32,000 nt of DNA from Candidatus Minimicrobia sp. QA0096 (GCF_963967315.1 NZ_OZ017288.1:240001-272000); one strand, 5' to 3'; shown: positions 1-10,198, numbered from the stretch's first letter. The notes: generated by a model not told the origin, from the sequence alone. Made by a program: numbers and translations.

Positions 1-593
1 ACGCCTGACAATAAATTACCCCATTGATCTGATCCACCAATTTGCAGATTCACGCCATATTGATTAAATAGATGCCAAAAATCATAGCCCTGAAGTAAAG
101 TGTAAGTGAATTCCGCAAAGCTCAAACCTTTGCCGTTGTTAATGCGCGCCTTGAAAAATTCGCGGCTCACCAAATCTGCCATATTGAAATTCTTACCGAT
201 ATCGCGAAGAAACGGCAACAATTCCAACTCAGCCAGCCAGTCAGCGTTATCAACCAAAGTAAAATCTCGTCCAGCAAAAATCCTCGAAACTTGGGATTTT
301 AAGGCTTGTTTATTATGCTCAATTTCCTCGTACGAAAGCAAATTTCGCTCTTCCGTGTCGCGCATATCGCCAATCATTCCTGTGCCGCCGCCAACGAGCA
401 AAAACACCTTATGTCCGCGCTCCAGAAAATGTCGAACCATCATATAAACAGCCAAATGCCCAACATGCAAGCTGTCCGCCGAAGGATCCGTCCCCAAATA
501 GAGCGTGAAATTCTCCGAATCGATAAGTTTGTCGTCAGTAAATGTGGTCTGATTCCAGAATCCACGCCATTGTAATTCTTCTGATAATTTCAT
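1..593 (-). CDS. tyrS: Tyrosyl-tRNA synthetase, N-terminal part (gene runs off the left edge of the window)
   Basis: Absent from the ORF track because it is truncated. My minus-strand translation from ATG at 593-591 gives MKLSEELQWRGFWNQTTFTD..LYLGTDPSADSLHVGHL..GGGTGMIGD..LQGYDFWHL..IGGSDQWGN. This contains the class I HIGH motif (HVGH) and the TyrRS GGSDQWGN block. A GGAG Shine-Dalgarno (plus-strand ctcc 598-601) lies 4 nt upstream of the ATG. Confidence 0.9.
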   Translation of the reverse strand, partial: MKLSEELQWRGFWNQTTFTDDKLIDSENFTLYLGTDPSADSLHVGHLAVYMMVRHFLERGHKVFLLVGGGTGMIGDMRDTEERNLLSYEEIEHNKQALKSQVSRIFAGRDFTLVDNADWLAELELLPFLRDIGKNFNMADLVSREFFKARINNGKGLSFAEFTYTLLQGYDFWHLFNQYGVNLQIGGSDQWGNLLSG

Positions 594-651
594 ATCACTC
601 CTTTTCTATATATTAGTATATCAATTTTACAATTGAAGCGAAACATATGCG

Positions 652-660
652 TGATATAAT
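652..660 (+). promoter_or_regulatory. Extended -10 element (TGaTATAAT) 6 nt before the PBP start codon; predicted leaderless transcript
   Basis: tgatataat at 652-660, then agaatt, then GTG at 667. TTGAAG at 633-638 gives a 16-nt spacer. Confidence 0.5.
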
Positions 661-666
661 AGAATT

Positions 667-3327
667 GTGAAGAAAAAGACTACGATAAGCACCGCCGGAC
701 ACGGCTCAAGCGATAAGAAATCTCCGTCGAAACGGATGAACTTATATGCCAATTTGGCGCAGAAACATAAGACTAAAAAAGACAAGGACGCGCGCGAACG
801 AGCGGAATATTTGGCGACTTTGCCGAAACATCCCGTAAAGCGATTCTTTTATCGATTACATCCGAAGCGACTAGCGAAATATTGGTTCTCCAAGCGCGGC
901 GGACTGATGGCTCTGAAAATTCTTGGCGTCGGTATTTTGTTGATGTTGCTACTTATCGGCGGAATGTTCGCTTACTTCCGTAAAGACCTCGATAAAATTC
1001 GCCCTGGCGAGCTTGCTAAGCGCGTTCAAACGACTGTCACTAAATATTACGACCGCAACGACAATTTGCTTTGGGAAGATAAAGGCACAGGTAATTATCA
1101 ATTGGTTGTCGAATCTGACCAGATTAGCGACTATTTGAAAAAAGCCACTGTCGCAATCGAGGACCGAAATTTCTACAATCACCACGGCATCAGTATTAGT
1201 GGTATGTTGCGCGCAATGCTCTCAACCGCTTCACGCCGCCAAGTTCAGGGTGGATCGACTCTGACACAGCAGCTAGTCAAGCAAGTCTTCTTCGCAGATG
1301 AGGCCGGCGACCGATCAATTAGCGGTATTCCTCGAAAGATCAAGGAAATCATCCTCGCAATCGAAGTTGAGCGCATGTATAGCAAAGACCAAATTCTGTC
1401 ATTATATCTGAATGAGTCTCCATACGGCGGTCGTCGCAACGGCGCAGAATCAGCCGCTCAGACGTACTTCGGCAAGCACGCCAAAGATCTGACGCTGGCG
1501 GAAGCGGCGCTAATTGCCGGTATTCCACAGAATCCAACTTACTATAATCCATACAACACCGCTGGAAATAAGGCTTTGATTGCCCGACAACATACAGTTC
1601 TGGATTACATGGCTGAGCAAGGCGTTATCACCAAGGATGAGGCTGAAAAAGCTAAAAAGATTGATATCTTAAGCACGCTTAAGCCACAGACCGAGCACTT
1701 GGAGAATATTAAGGCTCCTCACTTCCTATTGATGGTTCGCAATCAGTTGAGTAAAGAGCTTGGCGAATCAGTCGTTGGACGCGGTGGATTGACGATTAAA
1801 ACCACCCTCGACTGGCGAATTCAGGAGAAACTTGAAAATGAAATGAAATCGTTCTTTGCAACGGGTCGACCAGATTCTGTGCGAATTAGTAACGGCGCCG
1901 CAACAGTCGAAGACGTTCAGACTGGACAAATCGTAGCGCTTGTTGGTAGCCGTGACTTTAATTACACTGGCTTCGGTCAGGACAACGCCGCAGTTTCCTA
2001 TATCCAGCCAGGTTCCACGATTAAGTCGCTTGTCTTTGCTCAATTATTTGACAAACACGACAGCAAGCAAGCATACGGTAGCGGCACAGTCTTAGCTGAC
2101 GAGAACATTGATAAACTGTACGGCGCAACTCTGAGAAACTGGGACAATAAGTTTATGGGTGCCATCAATATTCGAAGAGCACTAGCCCTATCCCGAAACG
2201 TCCCAGCTATTAAAGCCGCTTACATCGTTGGTGACGGATCCGCTAAACCAGTCGTCGAGGGAATCCGCAGGATGGGCGATCCTAACTATTGCCGTCAGGA
2301 AGAAAATGCCGGTGGTTACGGACTCGGTGCAGCAATTGGCGCATGTGGAACCAAGCAGACAGAATTGGTGAACGCTTACTCAACATTGGCGCGAATGGGA
2401 GTCCAAAAAGACATTTCAAGTGTTATCGAGGTAAAGAACAGCCAAGGTGAAACTCTGAAAAAATGGAAAGACGAAGGCAAGCAAGTTATCGACTCGCAAT
2501 CAGCGTACATTGTGAACGACATCTTGTCCGACCGAACCCCTGGACTTCACGGCTGGATGGGCGTCAATGGCGTTCGAACCTCTGCAAAGACTGGTACATC
2601 GGACAAAGGCTCGCAGCCAAAAGACCTCTGGATTATCAGCTACAGCCCAGCTCTGGTTATGGGAATGTGGCTCGGAAACTCCGACACCAGCGTGATTGGT
2701 ACATCAGCTTCTAACTACGGAATGCCGGTGATTAGAAAGGTTATGGAGTTCGCCCACACCCAAGTTTACGCCAAAGAGGGTAAATGGAAGTCAGGTCAAT
2801 GGTATGAGCGACCAAGCGGAATCCAGACTGTCAACGGTGAACTCTATCCGTCATGGTGGAATAAGAGACAAAGTCAATCTACAGAGAAAATTACCTTCGA
2901 TAAAGTCTCTAAGAAAAAGGCGACAAACTGTACTCCGGATGGCGCAAAGGAAGAAATTGAAGTGACAAAGATTATTGATCCTTTGACTAAGAAAGAGTCA
3001 ATTACCGTTCCTTCAGGCTACGACGCGAACGCAGAAGATGACGTTCACAAGTGTGACGACACTAAACCGCAAATTGGAGCAATATCATACACCAACAGCG
3101 GTAAGAAATATACGATAAATGTCGACATTACAGCAGGAACTTGGGGCTTATCGGCAATCGAAATTACCGTGGACGGAAAGAGCATTAAGAGTTTAGAAAT
3201 TACTTCAAGCGGCAAGCAGACCGCCACAGTAGAGCTTGATACGGCGGGAGCGCACACAGTTTCTGTAACCGTAAGAGACTCGGCATATTACACCGCCACG
3301 TCAACTGGCAGCATTCAAGTTAACTAA
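667..3327 (+). CDS. Class A bifunctional penicillin-binding protein (GT51 transglycosylase + transpeptidase) with an N-terminal membrane anchor and a C-terminal ~90-aa beta-rich extension
   Basis: 886-aa ORF. GT51 motifs EDRNFYNHHG, GGSTLTQQ, RKIKE. Transpeptidase motifs STIK (SxxK), SRN (SxN), KTGT. Hydrophobic anchor ILGVGILLMLLLIGGMFAYF. The start is GTG at 667; the first in-frame ATG is codon 24 (nt 736). Confidence 0.9.
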   Translation: MKKKTTISTAGHGSSDKKSPSKRMNLYANLAQKHKTKKDKDARERAEYLATLPKHPVKRFFYRLHPKRLAKYWFSKRGGLMALKILGVGILLMLLLIGGMFAYFRKDLDKIRPGELAKRVQTTVTKYYDRNDNLLWEDKGTGNYQLVVESDQISDYLKKATVAIEDRNFYNHHGISISGMLRAMLSTASRRQVQGGSTLTQQLVKQVFFADEAGDRSISGIPRKIKEIILAIEVERMYSKDQILSLYLNESPYGGRRNGAESAAQTYFGKHAKDLTLAEAALIAGIPQNPTYYNPYNTAGNKALIARQHTVLDYMAEQGVITKDEAEKAKKIDILSTLKPQTEHLENIKAPHFLLMVRNQLSKELGESVVGRGGLTIKTTLDWRIQEKLENEMKSFFATGRPDSVRISNGAATVEDVQTGQIVALVGSRDFNYTGFGQDNAAVSYIQPGSTIKSLVFAQLFDKHDSKQAYGSGTVLADENIDKLYGATLRNWDNKFMGAINIRRALALSRNVPAIKAAYIVGDGSAKPVVEGIRRMGDPNYCRQEENAGGYGLGAAIGACGTKQTELVNAYSTLARMGVQKDISSVIEVKNSQGETLKKWKDEGKQVIDSQSAYIVNDILSDRTPGLHGWMGVNGVRTSAKTGTSDKGSQPKDLWIISYSPALVMGMWLGNSDTSVIGTSASNYGMPVIRKVMEFAHTQVYAKEGKWKSGQWYERPSGIQTVNGELYPSWWNKRQSQSTEKITFDKVSKKKATNCTPDGAKEEIEVTKIIDPLTKKESITVPSGYDANAEDDVHKCDDTKPQIGAISYTNSGKKYTINVDITAGTWGLSAIEITVDGKSIKSLEITSSGKQTATVELDTAGAHTVSVTVRDSAYYTATSTGSIQVN

Positions 3328-3332
3328 ATAAA

Positions 3333-4139
3333 CTATTGTTTATTCACCAAACTAATCAGCTCAGCCTCGTGTTGAGCTGATGTTTTTGAGCGACCATTTG
3401 TGCGCTTTTTAGGAACGCTAGTCTTCTGCTTTACAGGTTTTTTCTGTTCAACCACAAGCTTCGCAAACATCATTTTTCCAGCGTCGGTCTGCAAGCTTCG
3501 GATAATCTCAATTTTCTTCGTTTGCCCAATGTAGCGCTTGGCGTTCTCAACAACCACCATCGTTCCATCTTTCAAATAGCCAACCGCTTGATGAGAATCT
3601 TGCCCCTTCTGCGACAGCTCCAAATCCAGCTCATCACCAGGCAAATAACTCATCCTCAAACTTTTCGCCAGCTCATTGATATTCAAAACCCTAACGCCGT
3701 CAACTTGCGCTACCTTATTCAAATTGTAATCAAGCGTCAACACTGCCGCATCCATTTCCTTTGCCAATTTCAGTAAGCGCGAATCCACACCTTCTGGTAC
3801 GCGAACATTATCATCATACAGCTCGAATGAAGACTTCAAAATATCCTTAAGCTCCTTCACAACATCCATACCGAATCGCGCCCTTTCGCGCTTGTCATGG
3901 TCTGCGCCGTCGGCTAATAATTGCAATTCTGTCAATACACTCCTTGGTACGATAACTTTTCCCAGCAAAAATCCAGTCTTCGCCAGCTCAGTCACTCGCC
4001 CATCCATGAGTACTGACGTGTCGACCAAAATCGGCGCCGCGCCCACAGATGAATTTCGTCGCGGTTTTGCCAAGAGATAAACTTCGGCTACCAAACCAAG
4101 CAACATTATAATTATTATCAATCCGTAAAAATCTTTCAT
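3333..4139 (-). CDS. PIN/TRAM domain protein (YacL-like), N-terminal membrane anchor
   Basis: 268-aa ORF. N-terminal hydrophobic helix, PIN-like segment ILVDTSVLMDGRV..VPRSVLTELQLLAD, and a C-terminal TRAM-like beta region (GYLKDGTMVVVENAKRYIGQTKKIEII). It sits directly downstream of radA, as yacL does in Firmicutes. Confidence 0.75.
   Translation of the reverse strand: MKDFYGLIIIIMLLGLVAEVYLLAKPRRNSSVGAAPILVDTSVLMDGRVTELAKTGFLLGKVIVPRSVLTELQLLADGADHDKRERARFGMDVVKELKDILKSSFELYDDNVRVPEGVDSRLLKLAKEMDAAVLTLDYNLNKVAQVDGVRVLNINELAKSLRMSYLPGDELDLELSQKGQDSHQAVGYLKDGTMVVVENAKRYIGQTKKIEIIRSLQTDAGKMMFAKLVVEQKKPVKQKTSVPKKRTNGRSKTSAQHEAELISLVNKQ
3356..3387 (+). terminator. Rho-independent terminator of the PBP gene, embedded in the 3' coding end of the convergent PIN/TRAM gene
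   Basis: Perfect 8-bp stem TCAGCTCA (3356-3363) / TGAGCTGA (3373-3380), 9-nt loop, followed by TGTTTTT (3381-3387). It lies 29 nt after the PBP stop codon (3325-3327). Confidence 0.7.
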
Positions 4140-4150
4140 TTTTTCCCTTT

Positions 4151-5500
4151 CTATTGTAAATAGTCAATCAGCGCCTGCCGCATATCACTGACGCCTTTTA
4201 TAAATTTATCTTTATGAACTTTTGGCGCAATCGCATAAGTGAAGCCCAGCTTCTTCGCCTCTTTAATTCGAGCTTGCCAATTCGTCGCCGAGCGAACCTC
4301 GCCACCCAAACCAATCTCGCCAAACACCACAGCACCTTCGTCCAGACTTCGCCCAGCGCTAGCGCTAGCAATCGCCATCGCCACAGCCAAATCGGCCGCT
4401 GGATCATTTAATTTCAGGCCGCCGACCACATTGACATAAATATCTTTGTCCGCCAACTTCAACTTGGTTCTCTTCTCTAAAACCGCCACCAATAGATTCA
4501 ATCGATTCAGATCAAAACCACTCGCCGTGCGCTTAGGATAGCCAAAATTCGTCGGATTAACTAGCGCCTGAATTTCCACCAAAAGCGGACGTGCGCCTTC
4601 CATGGTCGCCAGCACAATTGACCCATCCAGATTCTGACGCTCCGCCAGAAGTTCCGCCGACGGATTCTTTACGATTCTTAGTCCCTGCTCGTCCATTTCA
4701 AAAATCGCCGCCTCATTAGTCGAACCATATCGATTCTTCTGTGCTCGAACAACTCGAAAACCGCCATATCGATCGCCCTCAAAGTTCAGTACAACGTCCA
4801 CCAAATGTTCCAATATCTTCGGCCCAGCAATTGAGCCCTCTTTAGTGACGTGGCCAACCAAAATGACTGCCGTACCCGAAGCTTTGGCGGCGCGAATAAT
4901 CACGTTTGATGAGTTTGTGATTTGGCTAACCGACCCCGGAGCAGAGGAAATCTCGCTGAGAGAAATTGTCTGAACCGAATCGACAATTGCCAAATCATAC
5001 CCGCCTTGCTGAATTGACGCTGCAATATCTTCCGCGCTATTACTGGACGCCAGCTGCATTTTTTCCGAATCAGCCGCACCCAAACGCTCCGCACGAAGCT
5101 TCACCTGAGAAACCGACTCCTCGCCGCTCACATATAACACCGATTTTGTCTTGGCGATATGTGCCGCAACTTGCGCCAGCAGCGTACTTTTCCCAATTCC
5201 TGGCTGACCCGCCACCAACACCACGCCGCCAACCAGAAAACCACCACCCAAAACAGTGTCCAAATCGTCAATTCCCGTGCTTAATCTTTCTAGCCCAGCC
5301 TCAGAGGCAGCTTCACGAATGCTAGACGTTTTCAAGGCTTTGCCGCGCCCAGCCGATTTATCAACAACGGACGACCCGCCAGAAGAAACGACCTGCTCGA
5401 CTAGCGAATTCCATTCCCCGCAATTTTCACACCTGCCAGCCCACTTTGAAAAACTAGCTCCGCACTGCTGACAAACAAATTGACTTCTAGCTTTCGCCAT
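4151..5500 (-). CDS. radA: DNA repair protein RadA/Sms
   Basis: 449-aa ORF. N-terminal zinc ribbon CQQCGASFSKWAGRCENCGEWNS, Walker A GQPGIGKST, KNRYG motif, Lon-protease-like C-terminal domain. GGAGG SD upstream. The start overlaps the upstream stop codon (TAATG). Confidence 0.95.
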   Translation of the reverse strand: MAKARSQFVCQQCGASFSKWAGRCENCGEWNSLVEQVVSSGGSSVVDKSAGRGKALKTSSIREAASEAGLERLSTGIDDLDTVLGGGFLVGGVVLVAGQPGIGKSTLLAQVAAHIAKTKSVLYVSGEESVSQVKLRAERLGAADSEKMQLASSNSAEDIAASIQQGGYDLAIVDSVQTISLSEISSAPGSVSQITNSSNVIIRAAKASGTAVILVGHVTKEGSIAGPKILEHLVDVVLNFEGDRYGGFRVVRAQKNRYGSTNEAAIFEMDEQGLRIVKNPSAELLAERQNLDGSIVLATMEGARPLLVEIQALVNPTNFGYPKRTASGFDLNRLNLLVAVLEKRTKLKLADKDIYVNVVGGLKLNDPAADLAVAMAIASASAGRSLDEGAVVFGEIGLGGEVRSATNWQARIKEAKKLGFTYAIAPKVHKDKFIKGVSDMRQALIDYLQ

Positions 5501-6480
5501 TATTTCGCCCCCTCCAAACTATCCAAACTTTTATTCAATTCATCAATCTGCACGCCCAATTCCCTGAGCCTCAAAACATCAGAATTATAAGAATTGATCT
5601 CAGAATTCAAATTGGCACGCCTTTCGTTCAACTCCGAGAGCTCCGCCTTCAAGGCTTGACGTTGACTATAAAAATCACTCTGCGACAAGAATCCGCCGCT
5701 AGTGCCCGCTCGCCGATTAAAGTCCGCCACGCGACCATTATAATCCGCCAAATCAGTCGAATATTGCGATAATTCTCTGTTCAATTTTTCCTTCCGGGCC
5801 TTCAACGACTCACTCAACTTCTGTGCTTCATTTTCTCTGGATTCAAATTTTTCTTGATATTGCGCATGCAGTTTCACGACTTCGGATCTATCGGTAAAAT
5901 ATCGTCGGTAATATTCTTCCAGTTCGTCGCCCAAATCGGCAAATTCCGTCCCTAAAATTGAGTGCAGCTCGTTAGCTCTAGTTCCAGGTTGCGCGCGATC
6001 ATAATACTCTATCCGCTCAGACAATTTTTTATTTTTCACATTGTTATAAGCCTGCTCCAAAAGCTCGCTTAAATGAGATTTTTCCGACGCGCTCAACCTT
6101 TCCCAAGCAGCGTGCAACATCTCATGCGCCGCCGTCACTTCTTTCACGCCGTCAAGCTCAGAATTGGTCACGTTATAAATATAAATATCCCTAGACGACG
6201 GATTGTAACAACCCAAAATCGCGTTTCCCTTTTCCACACGCCGACAATCTTCGTTAAACTCATTTGCCGATTTGATTTGCGGATTAGAAACATAGAACAT
6301 TTTTCTGCCAGTGTCTGACATTTTCACGCGGTCAGCAATAGCGACAATTTCCGCACTCGGCTTATATTGCCACAGCGTAATCTCATCAATAATTTGCTGA
6401 CGATTCATCATCACAAAAACCGCAGCAGAAAGTACAATTATCGGCGTGAGGACGCTGAATATTTTACGCACGATTGACAT
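5500..6480 (-). CDS. Membrane-anchored hypothetical protein with an HExxH (HEMLH) zinc-metallopeptidase-like motif and a long C-terminal coiled coil
   Basis: 326-aa ORF. N-terminal TM helix (IFSVLTPIIVLSAAVFVMM). TAAHEMLHAAW is encoded at 6112-6126. The C-terminal ~150 aa is heptad-like and rich in E/K/R/L/N/S. AGGTGG SD upstream. It overlaps the clpC 3' end by 17 nt and the radA start by 1 nt. Confidence 0.8.
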   Translation of the reverse strand: MSIVRKIFSVLTPIIVLSAAVFVMMNRQQIIDEITLWQYKPSAEIVAIADRVKMSDTGRKMFYVSNPQIKSANEFNEDCRRVEKGNAILGCYNPSSRDIYIYNVTNSELDGVKEVTAAHEMLHAAWERLSASEKSHLSELLEQAYNNVKNKKLSERIEYYDRAQPGTRANELHSILGTEFADLGDELEEYYRRYFTDRSEVVKLHAQYQEKFESRENEAQKLSESLKARKEKLNRELSQYSTDLADYNGRVADFNRRAGTSGGFLSQSDFYSQRQALKAELSELNERRANLNSEINSYNSDVLRLRELGVQIDELNKSLDSLEGAK

Positions 6481-8920
6481 TAATCACCACCTTATCATTA
6501 TCAATTTTAGCCTCCAGCGCGTCGCCAGGTTTTGCTTTATTTGACAGTAAAACATCGCTCAGCGGATCCGCTAATTCCGACTGAATTGTTCGTCTTAAAA
6601 CTCGCACGCCACGTTGCTCGTCAAATCCCCGATCAATCAACCAACACTTCGCCGAAGAAGTAATATCAAGCGTCATTCCATGTCGACCAACAGCTTCGAT
6701 CAAGTCAGACGTGAGATTATCAAAAATCTTTCGTACGACCGAACGAGAGAGTGGCTTAAATGTAATCACGCTATCAAATCTGCCAATCAATTCTGGACGC
6801 AAAAATTCCTCAAGCTCACGCAGAGCGGCACGCGAATTTTTCTCGTGACGATTTTCGCTAGCCGACTTTTTCTGCCCAGACGCACCAAATCCCAGCTCCG
6901 AATCCTGAATCATTTGCTCGGCGCCGACGTTGCTCGTCAATATGACAATCGTCTGCCGAAAACTCACCGTTCGCCCGTGAGAATCGCTCAACTTGCCGTC
7001 CTCCAAAATCTGCAAAAGCAGATTCAGAACGTCGGGATGCGCCTTTTCAATTTCATCGAACAATACCACGCTATACGGTCGACGACGAACTTTATCCGTT
7101 AATTTCCCGCCATCCTCATAGCCAACATAACCAGCCGGCGCACCAACCAGCCGACTAGCCGTGTGACGCTCGGAAAACTCGCTCATGTCAATTTTAATCA
7201 AGCTATCCTCGCCACCAAAAACTTCCCGCGCCAGAACTCGCGCCAATTCCGTTTTGCCCACTCCAGTCGGACCCAGAAAGATAAACGACCCAAGCGGCCC
7301 ACTCTGACGATTTAGTCCGGCTTTATTGCGGCGAATCGCGCGCGCCAGTTGCTCAATCGCTTCATTCTGACCAAGAACGCTCTGGCTCAGTCGTTTTTCC
7401 AAGCGAATCAAATCTTTCATCTGATTTAATGATAATCTGTCAATCGGAATATTCGTCATTGCCGAAACCGCTCGACGCAAATATTCATCAGTCAACACCG
7501 GCTCATCACTGGCTTCATCTCTCAGCGCTTCGGCTTGCAATTCCAATTGTCGCATTTGCATCTTAAATCCTGCGGCTTTTTCATAATCCTCAGCCTCGAC
7601 CGCGGCGTCAATTTTTCCAGCCAATCGCTTAATTTGGCGAGCCAACTTGTCCTTACGCGACAATTTTATTGGTGAGCTAGACTTCAATAAACTCGCTGCC
7701 TCGTCAATCACGTCGATCGCTTTATCTGGCAAAAATCGCTCCGTCACGTAACGCTGGCTCAAATCCACCGCCTCAGTCAACATTTCGTCAGGAATCTGAA
7801 CTTGATGATGCTTAGCCAAATTGACACTTAAGCCGCACATCATCTCCACCGCCTCTTCTGGCGATGGCTCATTGATCGTCACCGACTGGAAGCGCCGTGA
7901 CAACGCAGCATCTTTTTCGATATGTTTTCGATATTCATCAAACGTCGTCGCGCCAATTAGTCGCACCTCGCCTCGCGACAACGCTGGCTTCAATACATTC
8001 GCCGCGTCCATCGAGCCTTCGGCCGAACCAGCGCCAACCAACAGATGTAACTCGTCAATAAACAAAATAACTTCTTGATGTTTTTTGGCGACCGCCAGAA
8101 CTTTTTGCAATCTCTCCTCAAATTGCCCGCGATATTTCGTCCCAGCAATCATCGCCGTCAAATCCAGTTGAAAAAGTCGCTTACCCTTCAAAAATTCGGG
8201 AACTTTATTATCATCAATCCTCTGCGCCAAGCCCTCAACGACCGCAGTTTTACCGACGCCAGGTTCGCCAATCAGCGCTGGATTATTCTTGCTACGCCGA
8301 CCTAAAATCGTGATCATTCGCTGAATTTCCGAGGCTCGACCAATAACCGGATCCAAAAATCCTTCGCTAGCACGCCGCGTCAAATCGACACCAAATTTCT
8401 CCAAAACTCGCAAATCGCCAGAATTTTTACTCGCCACACTGCGTTCACTCTGCAGAGATTCAAACTGCTGTTTATCAAACACATCTTCCAAACTTCCACG
8501 CAGATTGTCAATGTCGACATTCATATCTCGCAGCAATTTAGTCGCTCGCGCCTCGTGTTGCTGCAGCATTCCATAAACGATGTGTTCTGTGCCAATTTTT
8601 TCCTGTCCAAATTCAACCGCTAATTGCCAAGCAATTCTTATCAATTCAACAACTTCTGCGCTTAGACCCTTACTTACAATCGTAATCACCAGCGGCTTTG
8701 CGGTCAGATTCAATGCCATTTCCGCACGATCCAAAGTTACGCCGTTTTCAGCCAAAATCTTCGCGCCTAGCGACGAATTTTGCGCCAACACACCAAGCAA
8801 AATATGCTCCGTGCCAACATATTCACTCCCCTCATTATGCGCCAGAAAACCAGCCCGTCCCAAACTGGCCCGAGCCGTTTCCGTCAGCCGAGGTTCTAAT
8901 TCAGAAAAATCTTCTGACAT
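6464..8920 (-). CDS. clpC: ATP-dependent Clp protease ATP-binding subunit ClpC (class I AAA+ unfoldase)
   Basis: Duplicated Clp_N repeats ([11 protein letters not shown] / [11 protein letters not shown]). Two AAA+ modules (GEPGVGKT and GPTGVGKT Walker A). Short UVR-like middle domain ([17 protein letters not shown]). LGF ClpP-docking tripeptide. I place the start at ATG 8920-8918 ([10 protein letters not shown]..) because GGAGGG sits 5 nt upstream. The ORF-track start at 8980 would overlap nusA and has no RBS. Confidence 0.9.
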   Translation of the reverse strand: MSEDFSELEPRLTETARASLGRAGFLAHNEGSEYVGTEHILLGVLAQNSSLGAKILAENGVTLDRAEMALNLTAKPLVITIVSKGLSAEVVELIRIAWQLAVEFGQEKIGTEHIVYGMLQQHEARATKLLRDMNVDIDNLRGSLEDVFDKQQFESLQSERSVASKNSGDLRVLEKFGVDLTRRASEGFLDPVIGRASEIQRMITILGRRSKNNPALIGEPGVGKTAVVEGLAQRIDDNKVPEFLKGKRLFQLDLTAMIAGTKYRGQFEERLQKVLAVAKKHQEVILFIDELHLLVGAGSAEGSMDAANVLKPALSRGEVRLIGATTFDEYRKHIEKDAALSRRFQSVTINEPSPEEAVEMMCGLSVNLAKHHQVQIPDEMLTEAVDLSQRYVTERFLPDKAIDVIDEAASLLKSSSPIKLSRKDKLARQIKRLAGKIDAAVEAEDYEKAAGFKMQMRQLELQAEALRDEASDEPVLTDEYLRRAVSAMTNIPIDRLSLNQMKDLIRLEKRLSQSVLGQNEAIEQLARAIRRNKAGLNRQSGPLGSFIFLGPTGVGKTELARVLAREVFGGEDSLIKIDMSEFSERHTASRLVGAPAGYVGYEDGGKLTDKVRRRPYSVVLFDEIEKAHPDVLNLLLQILEDGKLSDSHGRTVSFRQTIVILTSNVGAEQMIQDSELGFGASGQKKSASENRHEKNSRAALRELEEFLRPELIGRFDSVITFKPLSRSVVRKIFDNLTSDLIEAVGRHGMTLDITSSAKCWLIDRGFDEQRGVRVLRRTIQSELADPLSDVLLSNKAKPGDALEAKIDNDKVVINVNRA

Positions 8921-8960
8921 ATCGCCCTCCTTTCGTTTTCGGCGATTCGCAGAAGGCAGC

Positions 8961-10082
8961 TTATTCCGCCACCTCCTCAACTACGCTCATCAAGCTATCC
9001 TCAATATTCTTTCGAGGTTTTGGCTCTACCTTAACAGGAGCTTTTGCTTCGATGTCTAATTCATAGCCAGTCAATCGACTTGCCAAGCGAACGTTCTGTC
9101 CGGCACGACCGATTGCTATTGACTGCTGGTCTTCACTAACATAAACCGTCGCACGCTTCTCGTCTTCATTGACAGTCACACTCAAAACCTCTGCTGGACT
9201 CATTGCATTAGCAATAAATCCAGCCGCATCTTCCTCATATGGAATAATGTCAATTTTTTCCTGCTCGCCAATTTCATTCATCACAGCCTGAACGCGGGCG
9301 CCGTGACCACCAACAAACGTACCGACTGGATCAACGCCAGGTAGCGCTGAAGAAACCGCCAATTTAGTTCGGCGACCAGCTTCGCGAGCGATTGCCTTAA
9401 TCTCAACTGCACCAGTTTCCATCTCTGGAACTTCTTGATTGAACAAGAATCGCACAAATTCTTCATTGCCGCGGCTAAGAATCAATTGCGGACCGCGACC
9501 TTCGCGCTCAATGTCCTTAATATAAACCTTAATTCGACGACCAACGCCGTAATATTCGCCAGGAATTTGCTCACTCTGAGGCATAATTCCGACAGCCTTG
9601 CCCAGCTCAATTCGCACAACACGTGGCTCAACTCGCTGAACCGTACCAATAACAACCGTACCGATTTTATCTTCAAATTCCGCCAAGACAACTTCACGCT
9701 CAGCTTCGCGCAAACGCTGCAGAATCACTTGCTTAGCGGTCTGAGCAGCAACTCGACCAAAAGTCGTCACGTTATGAGTTTCCATCACAACTTCACCGCC
9801 AAGTTCAGCCGCAGAATCTATCTCCTTAGCTTCCTCTAGGTCGATTTGATTGGCGTCATTCTCAACTTCTTCAACGACAGTTTTAACAACCGACACGACA
9901 GCCGTACCGTTATTGATATTCAAGCTAGCGCGAACCAACTGATCTCGCGTACCGTTATCACGACGCCAAGCCGCCGCAATCGCCTGCTCAATCACGCTCA
10001 AAACTGTTTCTTCTGGCAAGTTTTTTTCTTCAGCAATCGTACGCACTGCCAACGTCAACTGCTTGATATTCAAGTCTTCCAT
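8961..10082 (-). CDS. nusA: Transcription termination/antitermination factor NusA
   Basis: 373-aa ORF with NusA N-terminal domain, S1 domain (GTVVIGTVQRVEPRVVRIELG) and two KH domains (..AIGRAGQNVRLASRLTGYELDI). GGAG lies 6 nt upstream of the ATG. A TATAAT hexamer (minus strand, plus coordinates 10102-10107) gives a short SD-containing leader. Confidence 0.9.
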   Translation of the reverse strand: MEDLNIKQLTLAVRTIAEEKNLPEETVLSVIEQAIAAAWRRDNGTRDQLVRASLNINNGTAVVSVVKTVVEEVENDANQIDLEEAKEIDSAAELGGEVVMETHNVTTFGRVAAQTAKQVILQRLREAEREVVLAEFEDKIGTVVIGTVQRVEPRVVRIELGKAVGIMPQSEQIPGEYYGVGRRIKVYIKDIEREGRGPQLILSRGNEEFVRFLFNQEVPEMETGAVEIKAIAREAGRRTKLAVSSALPGVDPVGTFVGGHGARVQAVMNEIGEQEKIDIIPYEEDAAGFIANAMSPAEVLSVTVNEDEKRATVYVSEDQQSIAIGRAGQNVRLASRLTGYELDIEAKAPVKVEPKPRKNIEDSLMSVVEEVAE

Positions 10083-10136
10083 TATGTTCTCCTTCTTATT
10101 AATTATATCTTTTTCCGTCTCAAACTTCCATAAACG

Positions 10137-10160
10137 AAAAACTCCGACCTGCCGGCCGGA
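10137..10160 (-). terminator. Rho-independent terminator downstream of the GNAT gene
   Basis: On the minus strand: UCCGGCC-GGCA-GGUCGGA (7-bp stem with one G-U, tetraloop; plus coordinates 10143-10160), followed by G UUUUU (10141-10137). On the plus strand the same stem has an A-C mismatch, so it reads best on the minus strand. Confidence 0.6.
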
Positions 10161-10198
10161 TTAGTACTTTTCTATTGTAGCGGAAAGATTCTATTCTG

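Noticed and set aside
594-666. T-box or other leader upstream of tyrS
   Set aside because: Only about 73 bp separate tyrS from the divergent PBP start. A TGaTATACT -10 element (plus 615-623) leaves a ~15-nt SD-containing leader, which is far too short for a T-box.
7485-7491. Other CUGAUGA strings on the minus strand (7485-7491 in clpC, 27092-27098 in galU, 31089-31095 in gatC) as possible extra hammerheads
   Set aside because: None is followed by a helix II hairpin plus GAAA, and none has a helix I/III partner. All lie within well-supported coding sequence.
8921-8980. ORF-track 20-codon N-terminal extension of clpC, and likewise the TTG starts at 16890 (malic enzyme) and 26125 (dnaE)
   Set aside because: The extension overlaps the nusA 3' end and lacks an RBS, whereas ATG 8920 has GGAGGG 5 nt upstream. 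The two TTG codons fall inside the -10 hexamers, and downstream ATGs give canonical N-termini.
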